Source of the DNA: Octopus sinensis
Lineage: Eukaryota
Length of the DNA: 64,000 nt
Direction: 5' to 3'
Assembly: GCF_006345805.1 (NCBI RefSeq)
Contig: NC_043006.1
Coordinates: forward strand, 42,904,001 to 42,968,000
Both the position numbers and the translations under genes were made by a program. Positions 25,790-40,967 of the stretch are shown piece by piece; within the stretch, counting starts at the first letter, position 1; each line of letters starts with the position of its first letter. The notes below the pieces were generated by a model. The model was not told where the DNA came from. It worked only from the letters and a program-made list of their open reading frames with translations, and ran no database searches.

Positions 25790-26800
25790 GATGCTACAGG
25801 GGCTTTTGCATTGTGTACAGAATTTCAAAAGCAAAATCAAAACTAGTAATTGATGAAACGGTTCATCAGCTAGGGCTATAATACTTGTCTTTTACTGGGC
25901 TCTGACAAGTCATGCTACACTGCTGGAGCTGGTGGATAACAGAAGCACCTTCATTGCATTGACAATGATTGACGTTGATCTCATTATCAAATATTGGCGA
26001 TTTTAATAAGCATGTTGAACAATTACATGGTGGCTTCTCTGGCATACATGGTGGCTATAAGTATGTTACAAGGAAGGTTGAGTGTTCAATGCTCCTGAAT
26101 TTCTGTGTAGCAAAACAAACTTCAAGAAACAGGCCAGCCACCTGATCCTGTATCAGTCAACCAGACACACAAAAGATATGGATTTCAAAGTCTCCAAAAA
26201 CCAAGATTGACGAATGGTTATGAATAGTAAATTTTTGTCTGATGAATACTCTTACACAAGAGTAAGATTTAGACACTACCAAGAAGGAACTTCTGAATGC
26301 CAATGACTTAGTTTTCATAACTGAATTGGTCAAAGATTTAGAGAGAAAAAGATTTGAACTTAAAAGCAAAATCCAGAATTGGAAGGCATCAAAGTAAACA
26401 TAGAAAAGACTATAGTTTATGTAAAAGTCTGAACTTTGTCATCACCAGGGAAATGACCGTGAACGACATGCAGAAAAAAATATTGGTAGAAATTCCAAAC
26501 ATTGTGCCCTGTTTAAATGATGGGTGTTAAAGAGTTGTACTAGGGTCACAGGCAGGTTGAAAGGGAAGGTAAATTTCGTTGATACACGGGTATTTATCAG
26601 AAAGAGCATCTATGAGATAAGTTCCTTCAAATGCTCTGAAAGTTCCGTCAGAATAATTGATACCTTTTGTTACCCAGGTGACAGTGAAAAGTAGAGGAGG
26701 ATGTTTCTAAAAGAATAATTGCCTGAGTAAGAATGGATGTGGAGAAGTGGGTAGCACCAAGCATTTTAGATTGCAGCGTGCGAATGATACTGAATCTTGA
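25790..26800 (+). pseudogene. Decayed RTE-clade LINE (APE and RT fragments)
   Basis: GDFNKHVEQLHGGFSGIHGGY (APE), then ELLNANDLVFI (YADD-equivalent) and LEGIKVNIEKT; many stops and a large internal deletion. Confidence 0.75.
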
Positions 26801-27230
26801 TCACAATTTTCGTTTTAAGCTTACGATTGTGCAAGAAATAAATCGCTATGAATGAGAAAGTGAGAAAATATTTATAGAAAACATATTGATTTTAAAGAGA
26901 ATACACAATGTTGCACACGCCTCAGAAATACGGAAGTGTAGCGATGGATGCAGTAGAAATTTGCCTGATACTATCAAATGTCGAGTAATAATGATCCTTT
27001 CAACTGAAAGCACAAGGCTGAAATTTGCGGGGTGGGGGATAGTCGATAACATTGACGCCCTCCCCGTGCTTCGCTATTCCTTAATTTATTGACCCCAAAA
27101 GGATGAAAGTAAAGTTGATACTGACAGCATTTGAACTTAAAACGTGAAATCGGAAGAAATGCCTCAAAGCATTTTGTCCAGTGCAGTAACGATTCTGCCA
27201 ACTTGCCGCTTTATTTACAGAAAACTTATT

Positions 27231-27793
27231 TATTGGGTTGTCCGGAAAGTTTGTGCCGATTTATGATAGCTAAACTTTCGACTTATTTTAGAACATGGTT
27301 GAGTCCATAAAATAGGATTTTACTACATCTCCATTTAAAGTACAGTTTAAGCTATTTTTTCATGGCAGAAGGTTTATGTTCCTATAACCTGTGTTAATTC
27401 TGTAACCCTTTAAAACGGAAGATTCATTTTCGGCACTTGATGCTTTGGGAACCAGACAAAAATTGCTGCAGCTCGGCTGGGATGTGTTACCCCACCCTCC
27501 ATATTCAACCAGATATTGCTCCTTCGGATTTCCACTTATTCAGGTTTCTGCAGAATAATCTTAATGGTAAAAATTTCAATTCCTTGCATGACGTAAAAAG
27601 ATACCTTGATGAATTCTTTGCGATGAAACCAACTCAATTCTGGGAAGAGGGTATTTTCAAGTTAAAGGAAAGATGGAGACGCATTATTCAACAAAATGAT
27701 TCATATTTGGTTGAATAAAAATGTAATGGCAAGTATTTATTGACCTTTTTCTTTCCTTTAAAAATTGGCACGAAATTTCCGGACAACCCAACA
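27231..27793 (+). mobile_element. Non-autonomous mariner deletion derivative with both TIRs
   Basis: TIRs ttgggttgtccggaaa(g/a)tt(t/c)gtgcc at both ends; ORF remnant PDIAPSDFHLFRFLQNNLNGKNF...RWRRIIQQNDSYL. Confidence 0.9.
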
Positions 27794-29436
27794 TAATGTG
27801 TACATTATGACATTGTTCTTCTCATAAGTGAGGAAGAATATTTCTTCTTCATTGCGTAAATAAACTAAACTTTCGTTATTGGTAGAAAAGCAATCCACAA
27901 GAATTTTATGAGCGTCTATTCACAGTGGATGGGCAACAATGTAATGCTGTGTAGCAAACGTCGGTGTCATAGGCTCGTATAGTTTTGAAGAAACAAAATG
28001 CAGTAGCAATGAATTTCAGTTGCTATGAATGCATATGGAACTTCTCACAAAACTGAACAAACATTAATACAAAATACAAACGGTTTTAACTAGACAGAGA
28101 GACCATACAGACACATAGAGCGAAAGCTCCAGTGGGCAATATTAAAGAAACGTTTGCCGACTATGTCAGTTTCCCTGTGTATTGACATGCTCTAGTTTGC
28201 TCGATTGCTGACTTTTTGATTTGTGATTATATCTTTTGGAGTTATCTGTGAGACAGTGTTCATCAATAAACCACATGCACTGTAAGCTGATATTCACACA
28301 CACAAATATGGCAGTAATTTAAAACAACGTATGTCATACACCTGGTCCTGGCTACAAGCACGTGTGCAAAAGCATAACCTGTAGCATTTAGATGAAGCTA
28401 CTTTCACGACTAAATGTACTGTTATTTATGTGTCATTTATCAGTTTATATATGACACAAATTGTCCTGTATATTTAGTCGAAAATTGTTGATAATGTCTT
28501 ATATTTGCCAACATTGTATTCACTTAAAAGCCATTAAGTTTCTCTGTTCGCTCCTCTATATAGCATTAGAGGGACTGAGATCATCCCAAAATGTCGTCAG
28601 CAAACAAAAATACATTGACAAATAGATGGGATGTCAATGAAGTAAATATATTTCTATTTCCAATGCGATTGTTATGTTACTACATCTAAAATAGAATATT
28701 ATATTTCTGAAGTTTTTAAATAGTGATGGAATAATACCATCATACGACTGAATCCCAAAGGTGGAATCCTTTTATGATAAAAACTGGTAGTAGAGTAGCT
28801 GATGCTATTTTAAAAGATTCTATGCAAAGGAAAAGAAAATAGAAAAGAAAATATCTTTTATCTTGAAGCAGTCAGCAACCTCATCAAGAACTTTCAAAAA
28901 GGCTAGAAATATTTCAGATGAAAGAAGGAAGGACAATCCTGAAATTCCCCATGAAAATGTCAGGCATTCATAAATGTCATGCAAGTGAACGGTTCGAGAG
29001 ATATTGAAGATTTCAAGTTTAGAGTTTAGTCATCTAGGATCATTTGAGTACTTAACCCTTCAACAACCAAAATACTGATAGTGCAATTCCGCAAATAAAG
29101 CTATGATGTCTAAAAATATCAATAGCATTAAATAGTATAAATATTGAATCTATCAGAGAAAGGAATGACATTTTAAAATATGTTTATATGCCACATTTAT
29201 TTTCAAAACTACTTCTACAAACATAAATATGTAATAGCAATTATTTACCTGAATAAACATTAAGACAGACATTAATGTAGGACAAGAGTACATGTAAGTA
29301 TATGTGTGTGTGTGTGTGTGTGTATGTGTGTGTGTAAATATATAAGTATATATATGTATTTGTGTGTGTGCACGCGCGTGTGTGTAGATAACTATGTATG
29401 TGTGTATGTATGTATATGTGTGTGTATATGTATATC

Positions 29437-29469
<33 letters not shown>

Positions 29470-30879
29470 GGAGAGAGAGAGGGAAAGAGAGAGAGAGAAG
29501 TTGATACATTAATCTTACAGAGAATATATATTACAGTTTAGAAAGAACGTATGGATCTGACAACCAAAGGATGCAATTTTTATCTTGACAGTCAGGCCTT
29601 TCTTTCCAGAACTGCTTCCTATAAAGCCCTCTCCGCCTTTCCTTACAAGATAACCATTTAAAGATCAACTTACAGACGTTTACCCTGCGCACTGAACATA
29701 TTTACAACATGGATCTAAAAGACAAAATACAAAGTTCTTGGAAATAAAGACAAAATTTCAAAACAAAAGAAAAAAAAGTAAGGAATTCAGTAGGTTGGAC
29801 TCGGTTTTAATTTATCATGCATGCTCACTTAGTTGAACAGTTTGTGTATCTGAAAAGTAACCAAAGTAAACCATTCAGTTGTGGAAGTTTGGCAATGATT
29901 GTACAATAGGGGGGAACGTCTTTTCATGATTTTCTATTTCGTGATGGAGGTTGTGCGAAAAGTTGTAAATGGACGTCAAGAGAACTGTTGGAAAATGGAA
30001 AAGTGAGAAGAAAACGTTTCTAATTTATTGGCAATAAAATAAATTTTCATTGCCTCTACTTCGGGTAGCTTATAAATGACTGAGAAAATTATTCTAAAAT
30101 ACAACTTAAACATGTTTTTTTTTCTGTAACTTCATTTTCTGTCTCTACAAACACCTCAAAATATGCAAAATCGAATTTAGGAAAATTTTCATGTAGATGT
30201 AAATCACAGTACACCTCTTTCCTTCTTTACTGAGGCAGATGAAGTCACAGAAAAGAACATGTCATATTGTAGAGTAATTTTATCACAGCCATTTAAAAGC
30301 TACTCAAAGAAGATACAATGAAAACTGTATTTTAGAGTTAATAAATAAGTAGAGGCGTCCCCCCTCACACACACACACTTTTTCCATTTCTCAACGCAGA
30401 ATTCTAAGATTTTACACCAGTTATTCCAATGTCCATTCACAACTTTTTTGCACTACCCCACCACCACAAAATCAAAAATCATAAAAATACGCACCACCCT
30501 ATTGTACAACTCATGAGTGAACTCGACCACACAACAAAAAGCAGAATGAGACTCTGTTACATTGAAATCCTGATTCTTTTTTAGTCAAACATTTATGTTT
30601 CTTCTGAGAGCAATATAAAATATCAATTTTAGGCAAAATTAATATTTTCTTGGATATAATTAATTCGTGTTTTATAAATTGTGTTATTTTATTGAACACT
30701 GAATGGTAATTTTATTACTACCACTTCTTCAGAGACAATTACTTAAATTTGAATTTTCTTTTTTTCTATTTTCATAGGGTGTTTAATAAGTATTTCAAAG
30801 ATTATTTCTTGTACAGTCAAACATACGAGATTTTTCAAAAACTATTTGACTTTCTCTTTTTTTCTGCCAAAACTAATGC

Positions 30880-31280
30880 CGTGTGGGCAAAATTGTTTCG
30901 TGCATGTGCAGTAAGGGCAGCGTTGCCTTCCACCAAAACGATTTTGCCCACAAGGGCAATTAATACACTGTGTATTAATATTTTTGTTCGATAACTAATT
31001 CTTCATCAGTAATCGACCAAAAATATTAATACACCGTTTCGTGCCTTTAACAATAAGACCGAGAACATCGTATATCGGCAGCACCTGCAAAATCGTCTCT
31101 CATTTCAAATTACATTTATTTACTTTCGTACATCCACCCTACATTGTCTTATTTGCTTGAGCTTTAATTCCCCGAAAATTTTGCGGGTGCCATCGATATA
31201 CAAAGTTCTCAGTTTTATCGTTAAAAGCACGAAACTGAGTATTGGTATTTTTGGTTGATAACTGATGAAGAATTAGGGTC
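30880..31280. repeat. Nested inverted-repeat (foldback) element
   Basis: About 100-bp arms 30996-31093 / 31177-31277; 16-bp IR 30882-30897 / 30937-30952; attaatacac-tg-tgtattaat hairpin. Confidence 0.8.
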
Positions 31281-31336
31281 CTTCTATGTCTGCCCTACGT
31301 GAATGTTTTGTAACATTTAATGCATTTTCATTCATT

Positions 31337-31371
<35 letters not shown>

Positions 31372-31379
31372 TATATATT

Positions 31380-31990
31380 ATGCTGTGCTGCAGAAGACTC
31401 GACAAGTGCAAGTGTGACCATAACCTTGTGGTCTATGCAAGGGGTGTAACCAGTCCACTTGTGCATGCCTTTTCTTCATTGGACACTAAACTCTGCTTGC
31501 GAAGACCAGTTGAGGCAAGTGAAATCGAAGTCGAAATCAAATTTGGTGACTGGCATCCGTTGTTAGTGGTGTGCTAAGGGTACCATACGAGTGCAATCGT
31601 TGCCAGAGCAACAAGCTGGCCTCCATGCCGATTGCACGTTAAGCACACCATTCAAAAGTGATCGTTACCACATCAGCTTACTTGCACTTGTGCTGGTGGC
31701 ATGTGAATATTCGAGCAAGGTCATTGCCAGTGCCGCTGGACTGGCTCCTGTGCAGGTGGCACGTAAAAAGTACCATTTGGGCGTGGCCGTTGCAAGTACC
31801 ACCAAACTGGCCCTCGTGCCGGTGGCACATAAGAGCACCCACTACACTCTCGGAGTGGTTGGCATTAGGAAGGGCATCCAGCTGTAGAAACTCTGCCAGA
31901 TCAGATTGGAGTCTGGTTCGCCAGACCTGTCAAATCGTCCAACCCATGCTAGCATGGAAAGCGGACATTAAATAATGATGATGATGATGA
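31380..31990 (+). mobile_element. Longest family C copy in the window
   Basis: Subrepeats gtggca(c/t)(g/a)taa, ggaagggcatccagctgtag motif, (GAT)n tail. Confidence 0.85.
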
Positions 31991-32083
31991 TATATACGTA
32001 CATACATATGTATGTATGTATATATATGTATGTATACATACATAGATATGCACATACATATATAGATATGTATGTGTGTATGT

Positions 32084-32132
<49 letters not shown>

Positions 32133-32159
32133 TATATATATATATATAATATATATATA

Positions 32160-32205
<46 letters not shown>

Positions 32206-32221
32206 TATATATGTATATGTA

Positions 32222-32294
<73 letters not shown>

Positions 32295-33399
32295 CTCTAT
32301 ATATATACATATAGATATATATATATATAGATAGATAGATGTGTACTCACCTTTGAAGATCACACACAGTCACTCACATGCGCGCACATACCTTTCATCG
32401 CTCCTTTTCTCTTGTTCAAATGATTTTTGCCAAAGTAGGCCATCACTAGTACTTTGCTTCCTTTCTGACGTTCTCCATTTGTTAATTTTCATGTTTTTGT
32501 AATATACTATTATTACTAATGCTGATTGGGCATAATGCATGAAATGAATGTGCATATGAATATAGTTCGGTTATAAAATCCTCACTCGTAAGAGCCTTTA
32601 GATTCTTCCCCTGCAATACAAAAGAAACACTACAAATATAAATTAAAAGAATGAAACACGTTAGGCAATATCGGATATACAAATAATTTAGTAGACAAAA
32701 TCATAGAACAATACAGAAACATATTCGAATACAATAAAGTACAACAAACACAATACTCAACGAAAATAAATATACGATATGTAATACAAATATAGAATAC
32801 AAAATAAAAAAAAAATGTATTGCATGAACCAAAAGCATCCTGTCTATAGAATATATGAAGAGAGCAGGTTATCAAAATATTCATCACAGAGAAGACATTA
32901 TCCATTTCATTCAATCATAAACTAGCATTAATGATACTTTATAAAAACCCAAATTCATATGCATTTGTGAACGTTGTAACATCGTGTTATGTCGTCCGTA
33001 CAAGTATGACCGTGTATTTGCAAGAGCGGGGCACCATAAATTGCACAACACAAAATGAAAATAGAAAGAAAGAAGGAAAGAAGGAAGGGAAGAAAGAAAG
33101 AAAGAAAGAAAAACTATAATAATAGCAACAACATTACTTGATAACAGCGACGCAACTATCGTTCTATAGAATTTGCTCAAAAGTAGAATATTGATCATGG
33201 AAGCAATATTAATAGCAAAATATGTTTTGTTTTGCATTAAGGATACATATGCTCCAAACACCCACACACAAACATCCCTATACATACATACATACGTACG
33301 TACGTTTGTATGTATGTATGTGTATGTATATATATATATATATATATATACTCACTTACATATGCACTCACTTCCACATGTATACAGACATGTACATGT

Positions 33400-33459
33400 G
33401 CGCACATGTGTGTGTATGTTTACACTCACACAAGTATATATATATATATATATATATAC

Positions 33460-33492
<33 letters not shown>

Positions 33493-33705
33493 TATAATAT
33501 ATATATATATATATGTATGTATGTATATATATATATATATGTATATATATATGTGTATATATGTATATATATATATATTATATATATTATATATATATAT
33601 ATATTATATATATAATATATATTATATATATATATATATAAGTATATATATATGTATATATATATATGTATATATATGTATGTATGTAATATATATATAG
33701 ATATA

Positions 33706-33744
<39 letters not shown>

Positions 33745-33786
33745 TACATTCATACATACGTACATGTATGTATATATATATATATC

Positions 33787-33826
<40 letters not shown>

Positions 33827-33830
33827 TACA
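33400..33830. repeat. Compound (TA)n/(GA)n microsatellite
   Basis: Directly visible. Confidence 0.95.
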
Positions 33831-34363
33831 GGTGTCGGTATAGTTGTCGGTTAAAACATTCGTTTCACAATGGCATGGTTCATGGTTCAATGCCATGGTG
33901 CAACTATTTTGGCACTATAACCACATGTTAGCTAATATCTTGTGAGTAGAATTTTATATATGATATTTGTATGGAAACCTGTCTTTTACACACACACATA
34001 TATCTATATTTGAGTTTATGTGTGCGCATGTGTGAGCACATGATTTATACATAAACTCAAATATATATATATATGTGTATATATACATACATACATACAT
34101 ATATATATATACACCCACTGTACCCACTACACTCACAGAGTGGTTGGTGTTAGGAAGGGCATCCAACTGCAGAAACACTGCCAGATCAGAATGGAGCCTG
34201 GTGCAGCGCCCTGGCTTCCCAGACCCCTGTCAAACTGTCCATCCCATGCTAGCATGAAAAACGGACGTTAAACGATGATGATATATATATATCATAAAAT
34301 AAGCAGGTAGTTTCCACGTAGCAAATCAATTTATATTACATTTATGTAACATATTGAAGTGAC

Positions 34364-34470
<107 letters not shown>

Positions 34471-34487
34471 TATATACACACACACTT

Positions 34488-34880
34488 TTATTCTTTTACT
34501 CTTTTAATTGTTTCAGTCATTTGACTACGGCAATGCTGGAGCACTGCCTTTAGTCGAACAAATCGACCACAGGAGTTATTTCTTTTAAGCTTAGTACATA
34601 TTCTATTGGTCTCTTTTGCCGAATCGCTAAATGACGGAGATATAAACACACCAGCGTTGGTTGTCAAGCGATGGTGAGGGGACAAACACACACACACACA
34701 CAAACACATATATACGACGGGCTTTTTTTTAGTTTCCGTCTACCAAATCCACTCACAAGGTTTTGGTTGGCCCGAAGCTATAGCAGACTACACTAGCCCA
34801 AGGTGCCATGCAGTTGGACTGAGCTCAGGACCATGTGGTTGGTAAGCAAGCTACTTACCACACAGCCCCACCTGCACCTA
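34488..34880 (-). mobile_element. Full-length family A SINE
   Basis: Same head, core and tail as the other copies. Confidence 0.85.
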
Positions 34881-36021
34881 TGTAAAAAGTAAGATGAGGA
34901 TTCAGATAGAATCAGGTACTTGAAAAAGTACGTACGGGGTAATGTTGTGTAATCTCTGTGGTTCAGGCCTATGGTTGGTGAAATTCGAAATATCAGATCA
35001 GATATTTCGGTTGTGTACACAAAGAAAAACCAACCCTATGAGTATATAGCATCTAAGGGGTTGGTTCAAATCACGCGTTACTTTGAACAGTACATTGTTG
35101 TTATACTCAGTGGTGTCCATAATTCCCTTGATGAATTAGAATGAAATGAATAATAACAAACAATTGATAACTGTCAGCTCATTACAGCTGTTTCTTAAAG
35201 TAACCTTTTAATTGAAGAAAGAGAACATTACATCATTATAAAAGACTATAATCATCAAATGAGAAGTAATTTTTACAAAGCAAAGGGATATACTTGGCCA
35301 AGGGATACACTTCGACGTTGGGTGCTTAAAAAATGCATGTATGTACTTATGCATTCAATTTGTGTATGGACCTTGTAATTTGCTTTACAAAGCTTGTCTA
35401 CGGTTATCGGCCACCAGGTGCAGTTCCACAACGAATACAGACTGTATTACTGAAGAGACATCCAAAAATTTGTGAATATCCATTGAGAATGTATATAATA
35501 AAAAAGTGTAAACAAGAGAGTATGAATTGAGATAACACGGTTTGTTGCATAATAAAATTGTTTCATCTTCGCTTTACCAGCAGATCATTGCCAAAATATT
35601 GGGTTCAAATTTTAGCAAAAGGCCAGCAATTTGGTGAGAAGGGTAAGGTGATTACATCGACCTCAGTGCTCAACTGGTACTTATTTTATTGATCCTGAAA
35701 AGATGAAAGGCAAAGTCGACGACGGCGTAATTCAAACTCAGAACGGTAAAGATGAACAAAATACCGCAAAGCATTTTTGTCCGGCACGATAACGATTGTG
35801 CCAGCTCGTTGCCATTATCATTGCTGAAATACTATCTATGATATATGAAATGTATTATATCGTATCAGTCTGACTTTAGCAATATAGATTAAGTGAAGCC
35901 TTCTCGAGTATGAACGCAATTAGTTTGCTAAATGAAACTATACTTCAGAAAATATATATGTCACGTTGCTTCTATTACACATAGATACATACATACATGC
36001 ATGCATATATATATATATGTA

Positions 36022-36080
<59 letters not shown>

Positions 36081-36176
36081 TGTATGTATGCATGTATGTA
36101 TGTATGTATGTAGGTATGTCGGTATGTACGTATATATGAATATATATACATACATATGTAAAAATATATATGTTCG

Positions 36177-36239
<63 letters not shown>

Positions 36240-36243
<4 letters not shown>

Positions 36244-36546
36244 TCATCATCATCATCATCGTTTAACGTCCGTTTTCCGCGCTAGCACGGGTTGGACGGT
36301 TCGACCGGGGTCTGGGAAGCCAGGGGCTGCACCAGGCTCCAGTCTGATCTGGTAGTGTTTCTACAGCTGGATGCCCTTCCTAACGCCAACCACTCCGCGA
36401 GTGTAGTGGGTGCTTTTTACGTGCCACCAGCACGGAAGCCAGCCAAGGCGGCGCTGGCATCAACCACGTTTGGATGGTGCTTTTTATGTGCCACCGGCAC
36501 AGAAGCCAGTCGAGGCAGCTCTGGCATCGGCCACGTTCGGATGGTG

Positions 36547-36550
<4 letters not shown>
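36240..36550 (-). mobile_element. Family C SINE-like repeat, CpG-retaining (young)
   Basis: (CAT)n cgtttaacgtccgttttccgcgctagcacgggttggacgg...; embedded in a TA tract. Confidence 0.85.
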
Positions 36551-36594
<44 letters not shown>

Positions 36595-38077
36595 TATATA
36601 TATAATATATATATATATATAGATATATATATATATACATACATATATAAAAATATATATATGTATATATATATATATATGTATGCATATATATATACAT
36701 ATATATATACATACATATATAAAAATATATATATGTATTTATATATATATATATGTATATATACATACATACACAAAAGTATATACATATATTTGTATGT
36801 GTGTGTGTGTATAAATAAATATATAATACATGCATACATGTGTGTGTGTGTAGGCGACATGAAATTGACTATTATATAAATAAATTGATTTTTTTTCTGT
36901 GTTCACACTCTCCATTTTCTTTATGTTATGTAATTAAATTCTGTTCTCCTATATCGGATGGATTAAAACATTTATAACGACAACTGGAACTTTATAAGTG
37001 TTAGGCACTAATGTCGAAGAAGAACCATCAATAACCACTAATACTAACACAAATTAACAAAAATTTCTGGAAAATTAATCGATATAGAGATAAACCGGTG
37101 GTATGCTTGGATGAAATACATCCTTGTGAAACAGCAACCTCTTTCTATTCTAAACATCGAAATACTCGATATATATGTATGTGTTTGTGTGTGTGTATGT
37201 GTGTGTAAAAAAAAAATGAAAAGAATCTATAACATCACCCCCAGAATTCGAACCCACGTTTAATACATATTGTATATCTAGCCTAACAATTGCACCAAAG
37301 AGACATCACAGCTATGACCCAAGTATCTGCGGTTACACACAATTTTGAATTTCTTGACCTTCGGTTACAAAACAGAAACGACTTTTACAAATAAAGCATC
37401 ATTTTACATCAGCAGCTACTTAGATTAATTAAACAGAATTACTTGCCGTTTTATAGTATATTTTATAAACATAAAACACTATATTTCCGAATCTTTATAG
37501 ACATTTGGGGATTCCAGTATTGTTTGCCCGCGTAAATAATATATTTTATGTACCAACAACGAAGTCCGTGACTACTAGGATTAATTCAACTTTAACATTT
37601 TGCAGTCTATTCCATAAATAGGAAAGACTCTGTCGAGGCGGCGAGCTGGCAGAAATGTTAGCACGGCAGACGAATTGTTTAACGGTATTTCATCAGTCTT
37701 TACGTTCTGTGTTCAAACTCCACCGAGGTCGACTTCCCCTTTTATCCTTTCGGGGTCGATTAAATAAGTACCAGTTACGCACCAGTTATTTCCTTTGTCT
37801 GTCCTCGTTTGTCTCCCCTATGTTTATCACCCTGTGGGCAATAAAGAAATTTTTTAAAATGTCGAATATACACGTATTGAACCGTGATATTTTATTTGTA
37901 AAATCATTTCCCGAAGTTCATGATGTTCATTATACGTTGATTCGACATTATCATGATCTTATGGTAACGAATGTTTTTCCATTAAGTTGGCAACAAATAA
38001 AGGTTTATCAACGAAGGATTTCCATTCGAAAATAACAAATAAAAATCTAAAGCAGTGGTTCTCAACCAATTTTTCAA

Positions 38078-38440
38078 ATGGTTCCGGGTTCAGTCCCACT
38101 GCGTGGCACCTTGGGCAAGTGTCTTCTACTATAGCCTTGGGCCAACCAAAGCCTTGTGAGAGGATTTGGTAGACGGAAACTGAAAGAAGCCTGTCATATA
38201 TATGCATATAAATATATATGTATGTGTGTGTATATGTCTGTGTGTCTGTGTTTGTCCCCCCAACATCGCTTGACAACTGAGGCTGGTGTGTTTACGTCTC
38301 CGTAACTTAGCGGTTTGGCAAAAGAGAACCGATAGAATAAGAACTAGGCTTACAAAGAATAAGTCCTGGGGTCGATTAGCTCGACTAAAGGCAGTGCTCC
38401 AGCATGGCCGCAATCAAATGACTGAAACAAGTAAAAGAGT
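38078..38440 (+). mobile_element. 5'-truncated family A SINE
   Basis: Starts at atggttccgggttcagtccca and runs to the tail gaaacaagtaaaagag. Confidence 0.85.
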
Positions 38441-39544
38441 AGAAGAGTATGGACACCTTTAATTACTATTTTAGTCTACTAGACCTCCAAAGCTATTAGA
38501 TGTTTTAATGCGAGTTTTAAAGAGTCTTCTTTTGAAATTCCTATTTTGTTTTTCATACGTTCACTTGTATAGGTCTGTATAGCATTCTCTTTGAGGATAT
38601 ATTTTCAGTGACTAGGAACATAAACGGTGTAAAACGTTAAAGAAAGAAACCTACAGGGTGCAGCAGAAAGGTTGCCCTGATTTCAAAGGTTAATAAAGAA
38701 CAAACACATGGAAATGAATAAAAAAGCTTTGTATTTCTATGAAGTTCATTAAATGCCATTTTTGTTTTCTCTTTCAGATCATATCCACCATGACCTGGAA
38801 TGGAGAACATCGTTTTTTCTTGTATCTTCATGTGTTTGTATTTTATTAACCTTTGAAACCAGGGCAAACTTTCTGTCGGACCCTATAGTTGTTTCTTGCA
38901 ATAAATACATCTATAACAAAATTTTTTCATAAACCCCTATAAAATAATATTGTGGTCCCCACCCCAAATCTTATGTGGACCTCTAGGGGTCATATGAACT
39001 CCGGTTCAGAACACTGATCTGAGGCAACGAGTGATCACTTGAGTTCACATTGACCATCCTTAAAGAAGTTGCTTAATCTCTACACAACAATAAACTGGTC
39101 TCTCACAATAATTTGGTCTCTGAACCTATCAAAGGTAATTCCTGCGAATCTGTAACATCAGATCAATGAAGAGAGAAGGTGGTATTTAATTGGTAAGTTT
39201 GTGCTATCAGTAATATCTTGGTTTGTTTACAATATTTTATTATTAGTAACAAATACCGCAACTAACTAATCTGGATCTCTAGTCTATGGCACTTGGTTCC
39301 CAATCAGTAAAATTGCCACATTTGACGCAGGTCAATTTTTTGATACATTTTATTATAATAATGATAATACTTTCTACTACAATTACAAGGACTGAAATTT
39401 GCAGGGAAGGGGATAGTCGATCACATCGTCCGCAGTGTTTTAATTGGTACTTATTTCATTGATCCCGAAAGGATGAAGGGCAAAGTCGAACTGGGAGTAA
39501 TTTGGCGCACATGTAGATGAACAAAATGCCGAATAATAATAATA

Positions 39545-39970
39545 GATCCTATGGGATTTCATGATTCAGTATGACCATGATATAGAGAATAGGAAGCCGG
39601 ACATAGTCTTAATTGAGAATGAAAACAAACTATGCTGGATCATAGACATAGTATGTGATAAGGAAGAAAGAAAAGTCGGGAGATATCACGGGTTAGCTTG
39701 GGAAGTTAAACAGTTGTGGTCGATGAAAAAGTAGCAGTAGTACCAATAATTGTTAGAGCCCCGGGAACAGTGAGCAAAAATCTCGAGAAGTACGTGGAAC
39801 AAATAGGGGCTGCAATAAGAGTGGAGCCCTTGCAGAAAACAGCACTGTTTGGAACCACTCGAATACTCTGGAAGGTACTCGAAAAATAAGGGGTGTTACC
39901 TTAGTTCACTGGTAGTGAACAGCTGACACTGTAGTACATCTCCAGCGTTAGAATCTGTGCAAAGCCAATA
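39545..39970 (+). mobile_element. Dong/R4-type RLE retrotransposon 3' fragment (family 1)
   Basis: ILWDFMIQYDHDIENRKPDIVLIENENKLCWIID is a PD..D restriction-like endonuclease motif; flanked by (AAT)n. Confidence 0.8.
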
Positions 39971-40026
39971 AAATTATAATAATAATAATGATGATGATGA
40001 TGATGATGATGTTAATGATGATGATG

Positions 40027-40080
<54 letters not shown>

Positions 40081-40860
40081 TGGTGTAAACATGAAGTGCC
40101 AATACTGCAACAATGGGATAGAAACAGTGGATCACCTAATCTCTGGATATAAGGTTTTAGCACCTGTACAGTACGAATCAAGACATGACAGAGTTGGCCA
40201 ATATCTACATTGGATAATGTGCCAGCATTATAAAATCAAAACTGCTGACAAATGCTACAAGCACCTGAGGCTGTAGCTAGGGAGAAAATGTAACTATTCT
40301 TTGGGACTTCCCACTATGTACTGAACCATCAAAGCAAACTGACCAGATATTGTTATGAAAGACCGAAAAATTAAGGTCTGTTTATTGATTAACATGAGCA
40401 TACCCTGTGCCCATAATATCACAGCAAAAGAATTTGATAAGCTCAAAAAATATAAAGATTTGCTCATCGAAATCGAAAACTTGTGGCATCTCAAAACACT
40501 TACAATACCAGTGATTGTAGGAGCACTTGGAATGATCAAAAAAGGAACTGAAAATTATTTAAGACTGATCCCTGGCTTACTATCCATACAGGAAGTGCAA
40601 AAGATTGTCTCAACTGGTACATCACACATATTGAGAAGAGCATTATCACTGTGAATTTTCTTTCCATTTTTCCTCTTTATTTTCTTTGTTTACTTTTTTT
40701 TTCTCTGTCTTTCTTCCCCTTTTTCTCTATCACATGACTTTGTAAATAGACAATTTGGTGTGTTTATTTTAATGGCCTACCAATGTATACAGCGCGTTTC
40801 TCTGCCCTAGGTGTCAGGAAGACACTCGACAAGAAACAGAAACAGAACTGAAAGAAGATG
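40081..40860 (+). mobile_element. Dong/R4-type RLE retrotransposon 3' fragment (family 2)
   Basis: CQYCNNGIETVDHLISG (zinc knuckle), RHDRVGQYLHW, PDIVMKDRKIKVCLLI, TLTIPVIVGALGMI, HILRRALSL*; (AAT)n on both sides. Confidence 0.85.
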
Positions 40861-40967
40861 ATAATGAAAATAACAGTAATAATAATATAATAATAATAAT
40901 AATAATAATAATATAATAATAATAATACTGATAATGGTGACAACGACGACGATGACGATGGTGATGG

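Noticed and set aside
26238-26275. CTGATGA a tactctt-acac-aagagta hairpin
   Set aside because: No GAAA; lies within an RTE RT remnant.
27850-29110. Possible piggyBac transposase remnant (Cys-rich minus-strand stretch, ttaaccctt at about 29053)
   Set aside because: Too degraded to support.
31400-31520. HDV-like ribozyme at the 5' end of family C
   Set aside because: Only a cttgc/gcaag hairpin is found; the nested double pseudoknot could not be built.
35440-35490. CTGAAGA gacat ... gaat
   Set aside because: Stem II and GAAA are broken.
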